In this document: in pieces, positions 36,640 to 50,264 of the stretch
Numbering within the stretch: the first letter of the stretch is position 1
Layout of the letters: every line of letters begins with the position of its first letter
NCBI RefSeq assembly: GCF_001194135.2
Contig: NC_068982.1
Location: 16,230,820 to 16,294,819 of the forward strand
Length of the DNA stretch: 64,000 nt
Source of the DNA: Octopus bimaculoides
Lineage: Eukaryota
Direction of reading: 5' to 3'
Notes under the pieces: generated by a model
Seen by the model: the letters and a program-made list of their open reading frames with translations, nothing else
Database searches by the model: none
What the model was told of the DNA's origin: nothing
Position numbers and translations under genes: made by a program

Positions 36640-36820
36640 TAACACAAGGTAAATGGTTGGCATAAGGAAGGGCATCCAGCTATAGAAACCATGCCAAAGT
36701 AGACAGCAAGACTTGGTGCAATCTTCTGACTTTCCAGTCCCTGTCAAACTATCCAACCCATGCTAGCATAGAAAATGAATGTTAAATGATAATGAGGGTG
36801 ATGACTATGATGACAATGAC
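36640..36820 (+). mobile_element. B repeat tail, decayed
   Basis: GGTTGGCATAAGGAAGGGCATCCAGCTATAGAAAC..CCAACCCATGCTAGCATAG then (GAT)n-like tail. Confidence 0.75.
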
Positions 36821-36949
36821 GAAGTCCTATCTGTTTCTCTAACCCTTAATGGTTTTTCAAATAAGTAACCTTCCATGAATCTTTGAAGGTGCAAAACCAG
36901 ATGATTTGTTGAGAGGAATATGTAAACAAACACACAGACACACACACAC

Positions 36950-37038
<89 letters not shown>

Positions 37039-37317
37039 CATATGGACATACACACAACATACGCAACATACACACACACACATATATATACATATATACA
37101 AACACACACATATGTATATANNNNNNNNNNNNNNNNNNNNNNNNNNNNNNNNNNNNNNNNNNNNNNNNNNNNNNNNNNNNNNNNNNNNNNNNNNNNNNNN
37201 NNNNNNNNNNNNNNNNNNNNNNNNNNNNNNNNNNNNNNNNNNNNNNNNNNNNNNNNNNNNNNNNNNNNNNNNNNNNNNNNNNNNNNNNNNNNNNNNNNNN
37301 NNNNNNNNNNNNNNNNN

Positions 37318-37350
<33 letters not shown>

Positions 37351-37370
37351 TGTATACATATGTACAGACA

Positions 37371-37410
<40 letters not shown>

Positions 37411-37571
37411 TATTAAACCTAATGCTTCATAGTAATTTTTGCTTAGAATTTGTCTTCAATATTTGTCAATGTACCAACTATATTTCTTTGAACTTGAATA
37501 ACTCTGTGTGTGTGTGTGTGCGTGCGTGCATGTGTGCGTGCGTGTGTGTGTGTGTGTGTGCGCGCGCGCGC

Positions 37572-37603
<32 letters not shown>

Positions 37604-40600
37604 TAAAGAAAGTGAAATATCTTCACAGTTGTCATTAGGTCTGCAATCTGCAAGTATTAAACTGTTTTGCAGAGAGGAAATACTGAACAATATATTCTAA
37701 TGAAAATTATTCCCTAAACAATATCATTCAGCTTTCATTCAGTATTCATTCTATATATATATATAGCATTATGTAACATTAAACAACTTCATTATGAATA
37801 TGAAATCAGGAAAACCTATAGTATGCCATTTACACAAAAAGCTATGTGGAAATCTCATTCAAAGATATCATTTTAATTATGAAGTACCTTCTATCAAAAT
37901 GCAAGATTGATTTAAACATAAATTCAACTTTTGAAAAGAGGAGAAAAGCATTATTATATAATACTGTTTTATTTAAACTGAGTTCAAATATTCAGCTAAA
38001 AAGTAAAAAATTTAGATATTTGCATTTTTGTTTATAATGTTTATTTTTAAGATACTGCATAAATTATTCCCAACTTAATTATTATCAAACTTTTATAACT
38101 GTTCATATAAAATTACGATGCCATTGTCCTAGAATCCAAACTCATCTTAGAAATAAATTGTTTACCCATGCACATTTTAAAATATTGTAAACATAATTTT
38201 CCTGATTTCAATATTAACTTACAAAGCTATTCAATATCATGTAGACACTACTTTGATCTTAAAAGGTTGAGAATAATCCATCAATAAACTGTTGTTGATG
38301 TTTTCATCCTAATTAGATATCAGAACATTAAATATATTTTATTCCTACAGATTAAATTGAAAAAAAGAAAGACAAAGCAATTTAATCTAACAATTGTAAA
38401 CATGATCAATTTTAGGTGAAATGTACTTTATCTATGATTAATTTTGATGCATTGTATAAATATGAATTAAACTGATTTTTTTCCCTTTTTGAGAACAGAC
38501 CAAGAATTCTATAGTAAGATCTTGACGACTTCTTTTAAAATGTAGCCAATGAATTAATGAGCTTTTGTGTACTATTCCAAACTGGCTGTTAATCAAAGTA
38601 CTTCTATTGTCCACTAAAAATACATAAGATGTTACAAACAAATGTGAAGCAAAAAACAAAAACATAAAAGATATATCTAAGGAAGATGGTAAAGATAGTA
38701 TACCATAATCTATCAGATTGAAATAGGTATTGGAATATTAAGAATTCAAAATCAAAGTTCAAGACAGTGATGGAACAAATTAATTATGATGTAAAAGAGT
38801 ATGATTAATCAATGAGCAATAATTTATTGACAGTAAGCAATTATTTCAAAGTCTTACAAAGGCCTCTTTATAAAAGAACAATTAATTATCAATAAATTAG
38901 GTTTAACATTTAGAAACACTTAATATTGGTGGAGAAAATTTTTTTTAAATATAAACTAAAAATTAACAAAGGGCCAGATCTTGCTTTTATTTTTTTTATA
39001 TCAAGTTTTATTTTTGGTTTCTTTATTTTACAAAACAATTTGAAAGTTGGTTATATTCAACAAAAATATAATTGTAATGCTATAGTCTCTTATGCAGGCT
39101 CAATGTTTCGTAAAGTGAGTAAACCAGGAACATATCTATTCCTGATGGGTAATTATTTTAGCAATTCTGTGGGAATGGAAAACAATATTGACCTCAGCAT
39201 TTCTTGACAAACTCAGAATGAGAAGGATGAAACTAAATATTCCAAGAGCTTTTGTTTGCCACTCTACCGTATCTGGCATTTCACCATCTTTCTATATTTG
39301 TATGACAGATAACAGATAAACAAGTTAAAAATCAAGTCAAGTATGAACCGTTTATTTACAAACAAAACAGTTTTTGGTTTCAGCAAGTTAATTAACTTTC
39401 TCTTTTATTGAGACATCAGTGTTACAAGTAACTATTTTCTTTTATTACATATTTTAATAATTGCCAAAGAATAATACAATGATAATGGCCAATCACAAAA
39501 ATTGTTAATTAACATTATATAATCATTTCTGAAAATTACAATATGTAAAATTCCATTAACTCACAATTTGTTCTCTCAGTACAAAATCAATTTATTCAAA
39601 TATTCATAATTTCGTATTATTTGTAAAAAGAAGAAGTGAAAAGAATACAAACAGAATATAATTTGTTATAAAGAAATGAATTTTGAAGGTAAACAATTTT
39701 ACTATACTGTTTTTAATTGATTGCAGACTCTAAATATTACTTAGATAATTTCATATGTGAGAATAACCCCCACACACATTGTATAAAAATAATATTATTT
39801 TAAAGAATGTCTAAGTTGGTCTGATGCTAATATTGAAAGAATATTTTTTCTTAATTCAGAAAAAAAAAAAAACTTGTTCAGATTTACATTTCTTCAAAGT
39901 GAAGAATCATTTTGTATAAGGAACAACCAACTTAATCCAAGAATACAGAATGACAAATGTAAGGAATTAGATACACCAAGATGAAAAGATTATGATATAA
40001 AAATTATTAGCTATAAACGTTGTGTCATAAATGACATTTAAACGTTAATCTTCCTAACGAAATTCTACAATATATTGAAGAAAATATAAGAAATTTGGTT
40101 ATAAAAGTTGTAAATGACTTAGTAAATTCTCAACAAAGTGCATGACTTCATTTCTAATCCTTGTTCAAATTATTCCACTCATTTAAATTTCAAATTTCAA
40201 ATGCTTTTATGAAAAGCATAATTATAACAACTTCCTATCTTCCACTATGAAAGTTAAAAGAACTCATCACCAATTGGTAGATACCACTGATCACAAAATA
40301 ACGAACGATTGATTAATTGATTATCTAAAGAATTTACAAGACAAATAAGCCCATAACAAGAGATTATTAATTCTTAAAAATTTTCTTGATAAAAGGAAGT
40401 AAAATCTAGAAAATATAATATTCTTTCTATTATGCACATATTTTGTTTCTTGAAATATTTTCCAAGCCAAAGAAGCAGGTCCTTATCAGAATACTGGAGT
40501 TATTAAAGATCAATATATCAAAATGAACTCAGGTAACAGCACATTTAAAAATGCAGTACCATAAAATCTCTTCTTTTCCTACAATATTATTAAACAGAAT

Positions 40601-41449
40601 AAAAAATATATAAACAAAAAAAAAAAAATTAACCAAAATGAAAAAAAAGAAAAAAGAAAGTGAAACCAGAGAATAATATAATAAATAATACAAATAACAA
40701 TATGAATGAAGGTCAACTTTTGAAAGTATTCTTTGAAAATCTTTCCCAATATGTTCCAATATTACTTAAACTTTTTATCCTTTCATCTGTTTAAGCAGAT
40801 TTGTTACTTTCTTCGACCAGTAAGCACAAAATTCAGCAATATTGTATGTTATCAAATTACATTACAGTATATTCGTAATTTGATTCAATACTTCCAGGTT
40901 ATAAAGCTCACAGCCTGCTGCTTATAACATCAAGGCGCTTAATGCACATGGCAGCCAAAATTGCATGTTGTAGACAACAGAATCTCTATTATTTGTTTGC
41001 GATTAAATCTTTTAAAATATGTCATGCTATTTGAACTATATTTTACACAGCACATAGACATATAAAATAAAGTTCAAAAGCATGACATATTTTCATCAAC
41101 AAACACTTAAAGCAATATGGGTCCTAATTTTCTTCTTTTTTTTTTTTTGCATGTGATGTTTCACAAAAACTTTCTCTCTCTCTCTCTGACAAAGTCATCT
41201 AATAGCTTCATTCACATACCTATTAGTAGGTATTTAGATAGTTCATGTTTAAAGAGGCTATCGCAAAAATAAAAATAACAAAAATAAAAACAAAAAAAAT
41301 ACATAGCTAAAAAGTGTAAGAGACTGAAAATTCAAACTTTGAATCAAAATACTATTTAAAAAAAATTTCAGATATTTAAAATTTTTTTTTTTTAATTTTA
41401 TTCTGACGCATAAGAAAATTTCCAGCATTTGATAGATAACATTTTGAAT

Positions 41450-42362
41450 CTTTATCTTTCACTTGTTTCAATCATGTGACTGTGGCCATGCTGGAGCAGT
41501 TCAGTCAAACGAATTAACCCCAGGGCTTATTTTTTTTGCAAGCCTCATACTTATTTTATCAGTTACTTTTGCCAAACCACTAAGTTATGGGGACGTAAAC
41601 ACACCAACACTTGTCAAGCAGTGGTAGGAACAAACGCACACACATATTCTTTTACTTTATTCGTTTACTTGTTTAAAAAATCAGCCTTAGGACTTATTCA
41701 TTGTAAACCTAGTACTTATTCTATCAGTCTCTTTTGCCGAACTGCTAAGTCATGGGGACGTAAACACACCAGCATCGGCTATCAAGCAATGGTGGGTGGA
41801 CAAACACTGACACACACACACACACAGATATATACACACACATATACATATATATATATTCTTTTATTTGTTTCAGTCATCTGACTGTGGCCATGCTGGA
41901 GCACTGCCTTTAGTCAAGCAAATTGACCCCAGGACTTATTCTTTGTAAGCCTAGTACTTATTCTATCAGTCTCTTTTGCTGAACTGCTGAGTTATGGGGA
42001 TGTAAAGACACCTACATCGGTTGTCAAGCGATGTTGGGAGGACAAACACAGACACAGGCACATACACACACACACACTTACAAGGCTTTGGTCGGCCCAA
42101 GGCTATAGTAGAAGACATTTGCACAAGGTGCCATGCAGTGAGACTGAACCCAGAACCATATGGTTGGGAAGCAAGCTTCTTACCATACAGCCACACTGAT
42201 GGGTTTCTTTAGGTTTCCATCCACCAAATCCATTCACAAGGCTTTTGTTGGTCTGAAACTATAGTAGAAGATACTTGCCCAACGTGCCACACAGTGGGAC
42301 TGAACATGGAACTATGTGGTTGGGAGGCAAACTTCTTACCACACAGCAATACTTGTGCCTGG
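41450..42362 (-). mobile_element. Cluster of SINE-A segments: two tail fragments, one full copy, one extra head
   Basis: Repeated TTTCAGTCAT.TGACTGTGGCCATGCTGGAGC tails and CAAGGTGCCA..GACTGAAC heads at about 41450, 41680, 41860 and 42200. Confidence 0.8.
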
Positions 42363-42514
42363 TTTTCTCAGCTTAAAATTTTAATTTATAAACAACAAAA
42401 AGCAATACAAGAAACAAAGAAACTAGAACTGAATTTTCCATTCCTGCTAACAAGTTATTTATTTAAAGAAAGGAAATAACATACAACTAGAAAAAAAAAG
42501 AAGAAGCTAATAAT

Positions 42515-42725
42515 GATTTCTTAACATTGGTATAAGACCATACATTTTTGTGAGGATTGGGATGTACAAACAGTTAAATCATCCCCAGTATTTCAATGAT
42601 CCTTGTTTTATTGAACCAAGAGAGGATAAAAAAATGAAGTCAGGTCAGTCAAAGCTGGATCTTGGAAACTAACTGTAATGTATTTTGTCTGGTATGCTTC
42701 TAATTCTACCATCAACTGTGCTTTG
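42515..42725 (-). mobile_element. SINE-C, decayed
   Basis: CCCCAGTATTTCA..TTTATTGAACC..GGATAAAAA..AAGTC, homologous to other C copies. Confidence 0.5.
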
Positions 42726-43304
42726 CGATATCAACAATCATAATACATTAAGGTTATCACATATCATCAGCCATCAAAAAAAAAAGGGAAAAAATATTTA
42801 TGTTAAACTATTTAAAAATAAACAAATATGAAGAAAATTTTACAAAGAAACTTCATGAATTATTAATATAGAAGAATTAATTCAGGCTCACACTTGCAAC
42901 TGATAGTTTATTTAAACATGCGACCAGGCAATTGAGAGGAGTGACATTTTTGCCCGGGACTTTACTTAATATATGGCATTAACAAAATCTCTTTTATTCA
43001 ACTTATCTTATCCACATGAAATGTATAGCTTTGATAATTGTATAAATGTTAATTCTATGTTCTATGTTGGGAGGCTGTGGTGTGAAGAGAAGCTCATATA
43101 TAAGATAAAGCAATCTAAATGCTATTAACTTGAATAGCCATTGTACTAAGCTTGTCTCAAAACAAGCAATTAGTGTGGAAGAATTAGGTAACAGTCATAC
43201 GCTCTTACAGACAAATATAAAACACATATGTGAATACTTCATGTCCAGTCTGCATGTACGTATGTGTCTCTGTAAACACACACACACACACACACACACA
43301 TTTT

Positions 43305-43722
43305 TATCTTTTACTTGTCACAGTCATTAGACAACAGCCATGCTAGGACACAGCCTGGAAGAATTTTTAGTTGAATGAATTGACCCCAGTTCTTATCTTT
43401 TTTAAGCCTAGTATTTATTCTATTTATTCTATTGGTCTCTTTTGCTGCACCGCTAAGTTATGGGAATGTAAACACACCAACAGTGGTTGTCAAGTGGTAG
43501 TGGGAGAGGAGACAGACACAGACACAAAGGCATGCCCATATACACATACACACAAACACACACATACATATTACGACAGGTTTCTTTCAGTTTCCATCTA
43601 CCAAATTCATTCACAAGGCTTAGGTTGGCCCGAGGCTATAGCAGAAGACACTTGCCCAAGGTGCCAGTGAGACTGAACCCAGAACCATGTGGTTGGGGAA
43701 CAAGCTTCTTACCACACAGCCA
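43305..43722 (-). mobile_element. SINE-A, full length
   Basis: Tail, internal CA repeat, core CACTTGCCCAAGGTGCC and head CTTACCACACAGCC all present. Confidence 0.8.
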
Positions 43723-43825
43723 GTCCAGCACTTATATATAAACACAAGTGTAGACACAAAATGACACACAAACACACAAACACACACAATGGGCCTCATT
43801 CAGTTTCTTATTTCTTTATTGCCAC

Positions 43826-44275
43826 ACTGCTGTTACATTCTGAGTTCAAATTCCACCGAGGTCGACTTTGCCTTTCATCCTTTTGGGGTCGATAAATTAA
43901 GTACCAGTTATGCACTGGAGTCGATGTAATCGACTTAATCCCCTTGTCTGTCCTTGTTTGTCCCCTCTATGTTTAGCCCCTTGTGGGCAATAAAGAATTA
44001 AGAAACTGAATGAGGCCCATCGTGTGTGTTTGTGTGTATGTGTGTATGTGTGTCGTTTTGTGTCTGCACTTGTGATTGTCCCTCACTGCTGTTTGAGAAG
44101 TGATGTTAGTGTGTTTATGTCTCTATGGCTTAGTGGTTTGGCAAAAGAGACCAATAGAATAAGTGCCACGTTAAAAAAACAAAAAAATAAAAGCTGGAGG
44201 TGATTCATTTAACTAAAATTCTTCAAGGCAATGCCCCAGTATGTCCACAGTCTGATGATTGAAACAAATACAACA
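43826..44275 (+). mobile_element. Chimeric SINE: 5'-truncated C body joined to an A-type microsatellite and tail
   Basis: B box GAGTTCAAATTCC (43842), C body to about 44006, then TGAATGAGGCCC(GT)n and A-tail GGCAAAAGAGACCAATAGAATAAGT..CCCCAGTATGTCCACAGTC..TTGAAAC. Confidence 0.65.
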
Positions 44276-45244
44276 TACAAGATAAACCTACATATACATT
44301 ACATACAAACACACATACACTTAACTGTATGTATGTATGTATGTATGTATGTATGTCCACATATATATGTTCATGTGTGCGTCTGTAAATGCACACATAT
44401 CTACACAATTATACACACGCACACAGAGCACAAACCTAGTTATTGAAACTTGGTTTATCTTTGTCATTTTCTTTTCTTATTCTTTTTTTCCAGAAAGACA
44501 CTTATTTTCCAAATCAACCATACTCGCTTTGAAGGCTTATCATTCTTCTTTTTACATTACTTTTTATAAATTAGTTCCACAGATGTCTGTCTAACGATAA
44601 AAGAATATTCAACACACTGGAAACTTTATTGTTTTTGCTTTGTGCCTTCTTACAAAGTGAAAGTAAATACATTTAACAGAAGAGCTTCAGTTCATCATTT
44701 GTACTTAACAAAGGATTATTGCTTAACTTTGACAATGGAAAGAAAGAAAAAGAATACTCTACCAGACAGAAAAACGGAAACGTTAATGTGTGTATGCATC
44801 TGTATATATGTATATATGTGTGTGCACACATACTTACACACATACCAAAATGTTAAAAGTGATATACTTGTATTTGGATTTGTTTCAAAATGTACTTGGT
44901 TCAAATCCAGTTAGGAGGGAGTCAACTTCCTCTTTCATTACTATGGGAGCACAGGTCAACAAAATAAATACAATACGATGGATCCTAGTAATATTCTGAA
45001 CAAGTTTCAGCCAGCAGTATCCTTGCCCTGCAAATACTGACATTATATGCATACCTAAGCTAAATGGAAACCAATATTTTAACAAGGTAAAAGAATTTTT
45101 CAAGGCAGTGCTCCAGCATGGCCACAATCTAAGGACCGAAACAAGTAAAAGAAGTTGCATGTACACATAGTGAAGCTGAAGGTAAGCCATAAATTTCATA
45201 AAAAAGATTCAGCACAGGGTCAGACATGTTCTCACTTGCATTAA

Positions 45245-46281
45245 GCCTTTTGACCCCAGCCCGGATGAAACCACCTCTGGTTCTGTTGTACAAATGTCTT
45301 GTTTTCATAAGTTCTGAATTAAAATCGTCCACCAAACCTTAGTCACAATTTATGTTCCTAACACTAGCTTAATGGTAACTAAGTTATTTTACTAAATTCT
45401 TTGTTATATTTAAAATTAGATGAAAGAATCACAGAGCATCGTAACCCTCTCGTTACTGTATTTATTCTGAAATGCTCTGTCTTTCTTTCAATTACTTTAA
45501 ATATAACAAAGAATTTTAGTAAAATAACTTAGTTATCATTCAGCTACTGTTAGAAACATAAATTGTGACTAAGGTTTGGTGGAAGATTTTAATTCAAAAC
45601 TTATGAAAACAAGACATTTGTATTCAGAAGGGTTAACAGAAGGGTTAACAGAAGGGTTAACAGAAGGGTTAACGAAAGGGTTAACAGAAGGGTTAACGAA
45701 AGGGTTAACAGAAATATGGTAACAAAAAGGTTAACAAATGATTAATTTAACCCATTTGATACCAACTCTCCTGAAACCACCTCTGGCTCTGTAGTACAAA
45801 TGTCTTGTTTTTGAAATTTTTTTCATTAAAATCTTCCACCAAACTTTAGTCATAATTTATGTTCCTAATATTGGCTTGATGATAACTAAGTTATTTTACT
45901 AAATTCTTTGTTATATTTAAAATTAATTGAAAGAAACACAAAGCATCTCAACAGAAATATGGTAACAAAAGGGTTAACAAATGNNNNNNNNNNTATTTAA
46001 AATTAATTGAAAGAAACACAAAGCATCTCAACAGAAATATGGTAACAAAAGGGTTAACAAATGATTAATTTAACCCTTTTGATACCAACCCAGCTGAAAC
46101 CACCTCGGGCTCTGTAGTACAAATGTCTTATTTTCAAAAGTTCTGAATTAAAATCTTCCACAATTTACATTCCTAACACCAGTTTAATGATAACTAAGTT
46201 ATTTTACTAAATTCTTTGTCATATTTAAAATTAATTGAAAGAAACAGTGAGCATCTCAAAATAAATACAGTAATGAAAGGG
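45245..46281. mobile_element. Array of four piggyBac-like MITE copies (about 210-225 bp): forward, inverted, forward, forward, plus a 12-bp terminus minisatellite
   Basis: TTAA|CCC..GGG|TTAA ends (45751-45973, 46074-46281); inverted copy 45442-45624; (CAGAAGGGTTAA)-type x7 at 45625-45708. A diverged relative lies at about 55490-55680. Confidence 0.8.
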
Positions 46282-47250
46282 TTAATAATACTCAACAGAA
46301 AAGTATGAACATCTCATTTTCTCCTCTGATAAATCTTGGGTCCTTGTACCAAGTTAAAAGAGACATGATTAGTGAAAGCAGATGTGGCCATTACAATTCA
46401 TTACTGTAACTAGTTTAACTTGTTCGCCATTATGAGTCAACATATAGCCAGGATCCCCTTAGCATTTCAGCTCTTTTAAGGGTTAATAAAATTAAAAACT
46501 ATTAGTCTATAGGTGTGGGTTTAATTTACAATATTATGTTGAATCAAAAGGAAATCAGAGTCTTGCAAGGTAGGGTGACTATTGCAGTGAGCGTCACTGG
46601 CCATTCCCTGTGACAACACCTTTGCAACTATGTCCACAAGGTACAGCTGAATATATCATTTAGTCTGGGATATACAACCTGTTACTCCCCTCACCCACCC
46701 TTTTTCTTTATTTCCTTGGTGAAATACTTATGGGGGAATTTTTCGCAATAATTTGATTTTTTATACTTTTAATGCTTTTTTTTCTTTCCTTTCCATAAAA
46801 ATATGTTGTTAATAAAACGGGACACAGAAACTAAAAACAGGTATATATATATATATATATATNNNNNNNNNNNNNNNNNNNNNNNNNNNNNNNNNNNNNN
46901 NNNNNNNNNNNNNNNNNNNNNNNNNNNNNNNNNNNNNNNNNNNNNNNNNNNNNNNNNNNNNNNNNNNNNNNNNNNNNNNNNNNNNNNNNNNNNNNNNNNN
47001 NNNNNNNNNNNNNNNNNNNNNNNNNNNNNNNNNNNNNNNNNNNNNNNNNNNNNNNNNNNNNNNNNNNNNNNNNNNNNNNNNNNNNNNNNNNNNNNNNNNN
47101 NNNNNNNNNNNNNNNNNNNNNNNNNNNNNNNNNNNNNNNNNNNNNNNNNNNNNNNNNNNNNATACCAGGGTAGCAAAGATCACAAAATGACCGTGGTGTA
47201 ACTCCTGTTTATGAGGTAGAGACTGCCTGTTATTTTGGGCAATTGAGTAA

Positions 47251-47443
47251 ATATAAAAATTTAGTAAATGGTGTAATACGCATATGTTAAATGAATTCTT
47301 CTATTTCCAACATATATTCCAAAGGAATAAGTGATGTTGATATAGATGTAATCTTCTCTTCAGGGAAATACATAGGAACCAGCTTAACCATAAGACATTT
47401 TAACTGAGTGTCTTTAATATATGCGTATTACTCCATTTACTAA

Positions 47444-47453
<10 letters not shown>
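47251..47453. mobile_element. TA-flanked MITE with 35-bp terminal inverted repeats
   Basis: ATATAAAAATTTAGTAAATGG(T/A)GTAATACGCATAT at 47251-47285 and inverted at 47419-47453, one mismatch. Confidence 0.75.
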
Positions 47454-47480
<27 letters not shown>

Positions 47481-48372
47481 TCAAATGAATAAAATATGTT
47501 TGATCAAAACAACTCCTTATTGGCCGTTCTATGTTAGGAGAAGATTTCAAATAACAAGCTATTTGCTAGAATAATTAAAGTAGTTATAATAGTACTACCA
47601 ATTTTAAATTCTTAGTATCCACTTACTTTACCAAGAGTAAAGTCTCACATGAATTTCAACAAATTCAGTTTTTCAAATTAAATAGTATTACAAACTATAT
47701 GAAAATAAACGAACATATAAATAAGCAAATACAAGCTTTGATATTTATAATACATAAATAGGAGGTAGAGAAAGAAATAATGGAAGGGACATTTCATTTT
47801 TATTCTTGGAATTCAAAGACAGTCTTAAAGGCTAAAGAGATATTTAAAAAATAGCTAAATAAATAGAAGTCATTTTTCGTATTTTTGTTATATGTTTGGC
47901 TATTATAGTCTGGTTAGTTTTAAGTGATATTTTCTAAAAGAAAGCAAACATTGAAAAAGAAATGGTGCCCCCAACTGAAAAATCAACTCGGTGACATTTG
48001 TAAAACTTTAGCTTCTGTGTTGCTGAAAATACAACTGTAAACTCTTGTAAACTAATTACACAAAACGAACTAAACTGAAAAGAATTTAGATTAAAAAGTT
48101 TATATACACACACATCCACACACACATTCATATATATATATACATATAAAATTTGACTTTCCACTTCACTACTTTGACAACAAATCAAGATAATTTAGAA
48201 TTAATTAAATCATCTAATTTAAATTGTAATTTGAAGCTAAATTCAAGTAAATTTAAATTTCAAATAAAACATTTATAAAACAACTATCAGCTAATTTCAC
48301 ACAGACATACATATATGCATGAATGCACACATACACACACATATATATGTATGTGTGTGTGTGTGTGTATAC

Positions 48373-48403
<31 letters not shown>

Positions 48404-49142
48404 AATATATATATATATGCATATATATATATATGCATANNNNNNNNNNNNNNNNNNNNNNNNNNNNNNNNNNNNNNNNNNNNNNNNNNNNNNNNNNNNN
48501 NNNNNNNNNNNNNNNNNNNNNNNNNNNNNNNNNNNNNNNNNNNNNNNNNNNNNNNNNNNNNNNNNNNNNNNNNNNNNNNNNNNNNNNNNNNNNNNNNNNN
48601 NNNNNNNNNNNNNNNNNNNNNNNNNNNNNNNNNNNNNNNNNNNNNNNNNNNNNNNNNNNNNNNNNNNNNNNNNNNNNNNNNNNNNNNNNNNNNNNNNNNN
48701 NNNNNNNNNNNNNNNNNNNNNNNNNNNNNNNNNNNNNNNNNNNNNNNNNNNNNNNNNNNNNNNNNNNNNNNNNNNNNNNNNNNNNNNNNNNNNNNNNNNN
48801 NNNNNNNNNNNNNNNNNNNNNNNNNNNNNNNNNNNNNNNNNNNNNNNNNNNNNNNNNNNNNNNNNNNNNNNNNNNNNNNNNNNNNNNNNNNNNNNNNNNN
48901 NNNNNNNNNNNNNNNNNNNNNNNNNNNNNNNNNNNNNNNNNNNNNNNNNNNNNNNNNNNNNNNNNNNNNNNNNNNNNNNNNNNNNNNNNNNNNNNNNNAA
49001 AGACGGAAGATGGAATTACGAAAATTTTATTATTAATCATGACAATGGATTCATATATTCCATTTTCCATATACATAACAGTCACTGTAAAAGTGACCAT
49101 GCTTTACCAGTAAGCTACCAGGTGCAAGCCATTCCTTTTATT

Positions 49143-49184
<42 letters not shown>

Positions 49185-49289
49185 AACACACACATACATA
49201 TACACAAACACATTGCATTGCGCTGTTACTTTCACACATGTTTTTTGTTGTGGATTGCTCTTGTGGTATATATGTGAGGTAGTGACCCT

Positions 49290-50249
49290 CCAGTCATCTC
49301 TTTAATTCATGTTGACCAATTCAAAAATTTTTCCAGTCTCTTATTTTTGACCTCTTTTATGCAGATGATTGCAACTTAGTTGTTCATATTGCAGAAAATA
49401 TGCAAATTCTCATGGATTATAGTTCTGTATTTTGCAAAGCATTTAGAGTCAGTATTAGCCAGGACAAGGCTGCTTTAATGTTCCAGCCTGCACCAGGAAA
49501 TCCATATGTGAAACCATCCATTGTAATTGAAGGGACACAACTGAAAGTTGTAGACAAGGTTGTCTATCTGAGCAGGTGCATTCAGCCGCTTTAGCTTCAG
49601 GGATGATGAAATATCTTTAAGGCAACTGATTTCTCCTGGGGTCTTGGGTTGAGTGTGCTGACATTGTTCCTTTATTCGTATCAAACATGGACCCTTTAAG
49701 GCATCATGTAAGGACCCTTGAATATTTCCATCAGAGATGTCTGAGACACATTCTGAATGCTGACTGGTCCGCACAGAGGTTTCGAGGGGAGCTGATATTT
49801 TAAGCATTGTTTACACGGGGACAGAACACCTTGTTTGGAAGAATGATTAGAGGTGAATTTGTTTGGAAGAATGATTATGGTGAATTTGTTAGTGGAAATT
49901 CCCCCCCGCCCCCCGCCAGTGAAAACCAAGGCTACAATGTAAGGCTTGTGTAATATCTTTGATGAAGGCATGTGAAATACGAGAAGTCAATACTTGTCCT
50001 CAATCACTAACAGATAAAGAAAAGGGTGGCTATTTTTCATGAAGAACCTAAGTGAGCTTTTTGGCAACACATCGCCGGTGTAGTGAATGGCCTGATCTAC
50101 AATATCTATGAATGTGTATGTTTATCAAGAGTTGGCCTCATTAGTCATCAGAGGAGCCACAAGTGTGGTGTATAAATCTGTCTGGGTGCACAATGTTCTT
50201 AATGGTCAGTGATGGTTTTCTTCACTCATTACTGGACAGCCATCATCAT
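49290..50249 (+). mobile_element. RTE/BovB-like LINE 3' fragment with (CAT)n tail
   Basis: YADDC (49358), LMFQPAPGNPYVKP, YQTWTL..LEYFHQRCLRHIL, SRVGLISHQRSH (50125), stop 50173-50175, tail GGACAGCCATCATCAT. Confidence 0.85.
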
Positions 50250-50264
50250 TATGTATATCTATTT

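Noticed and set aside
45994-46063. Exact duplicate of about 45914-45983 as an extra MITE copy
   Set aside because: Identical sequence on both sides of a 10-N gap is the typical signature of an unmerged contig overlap.
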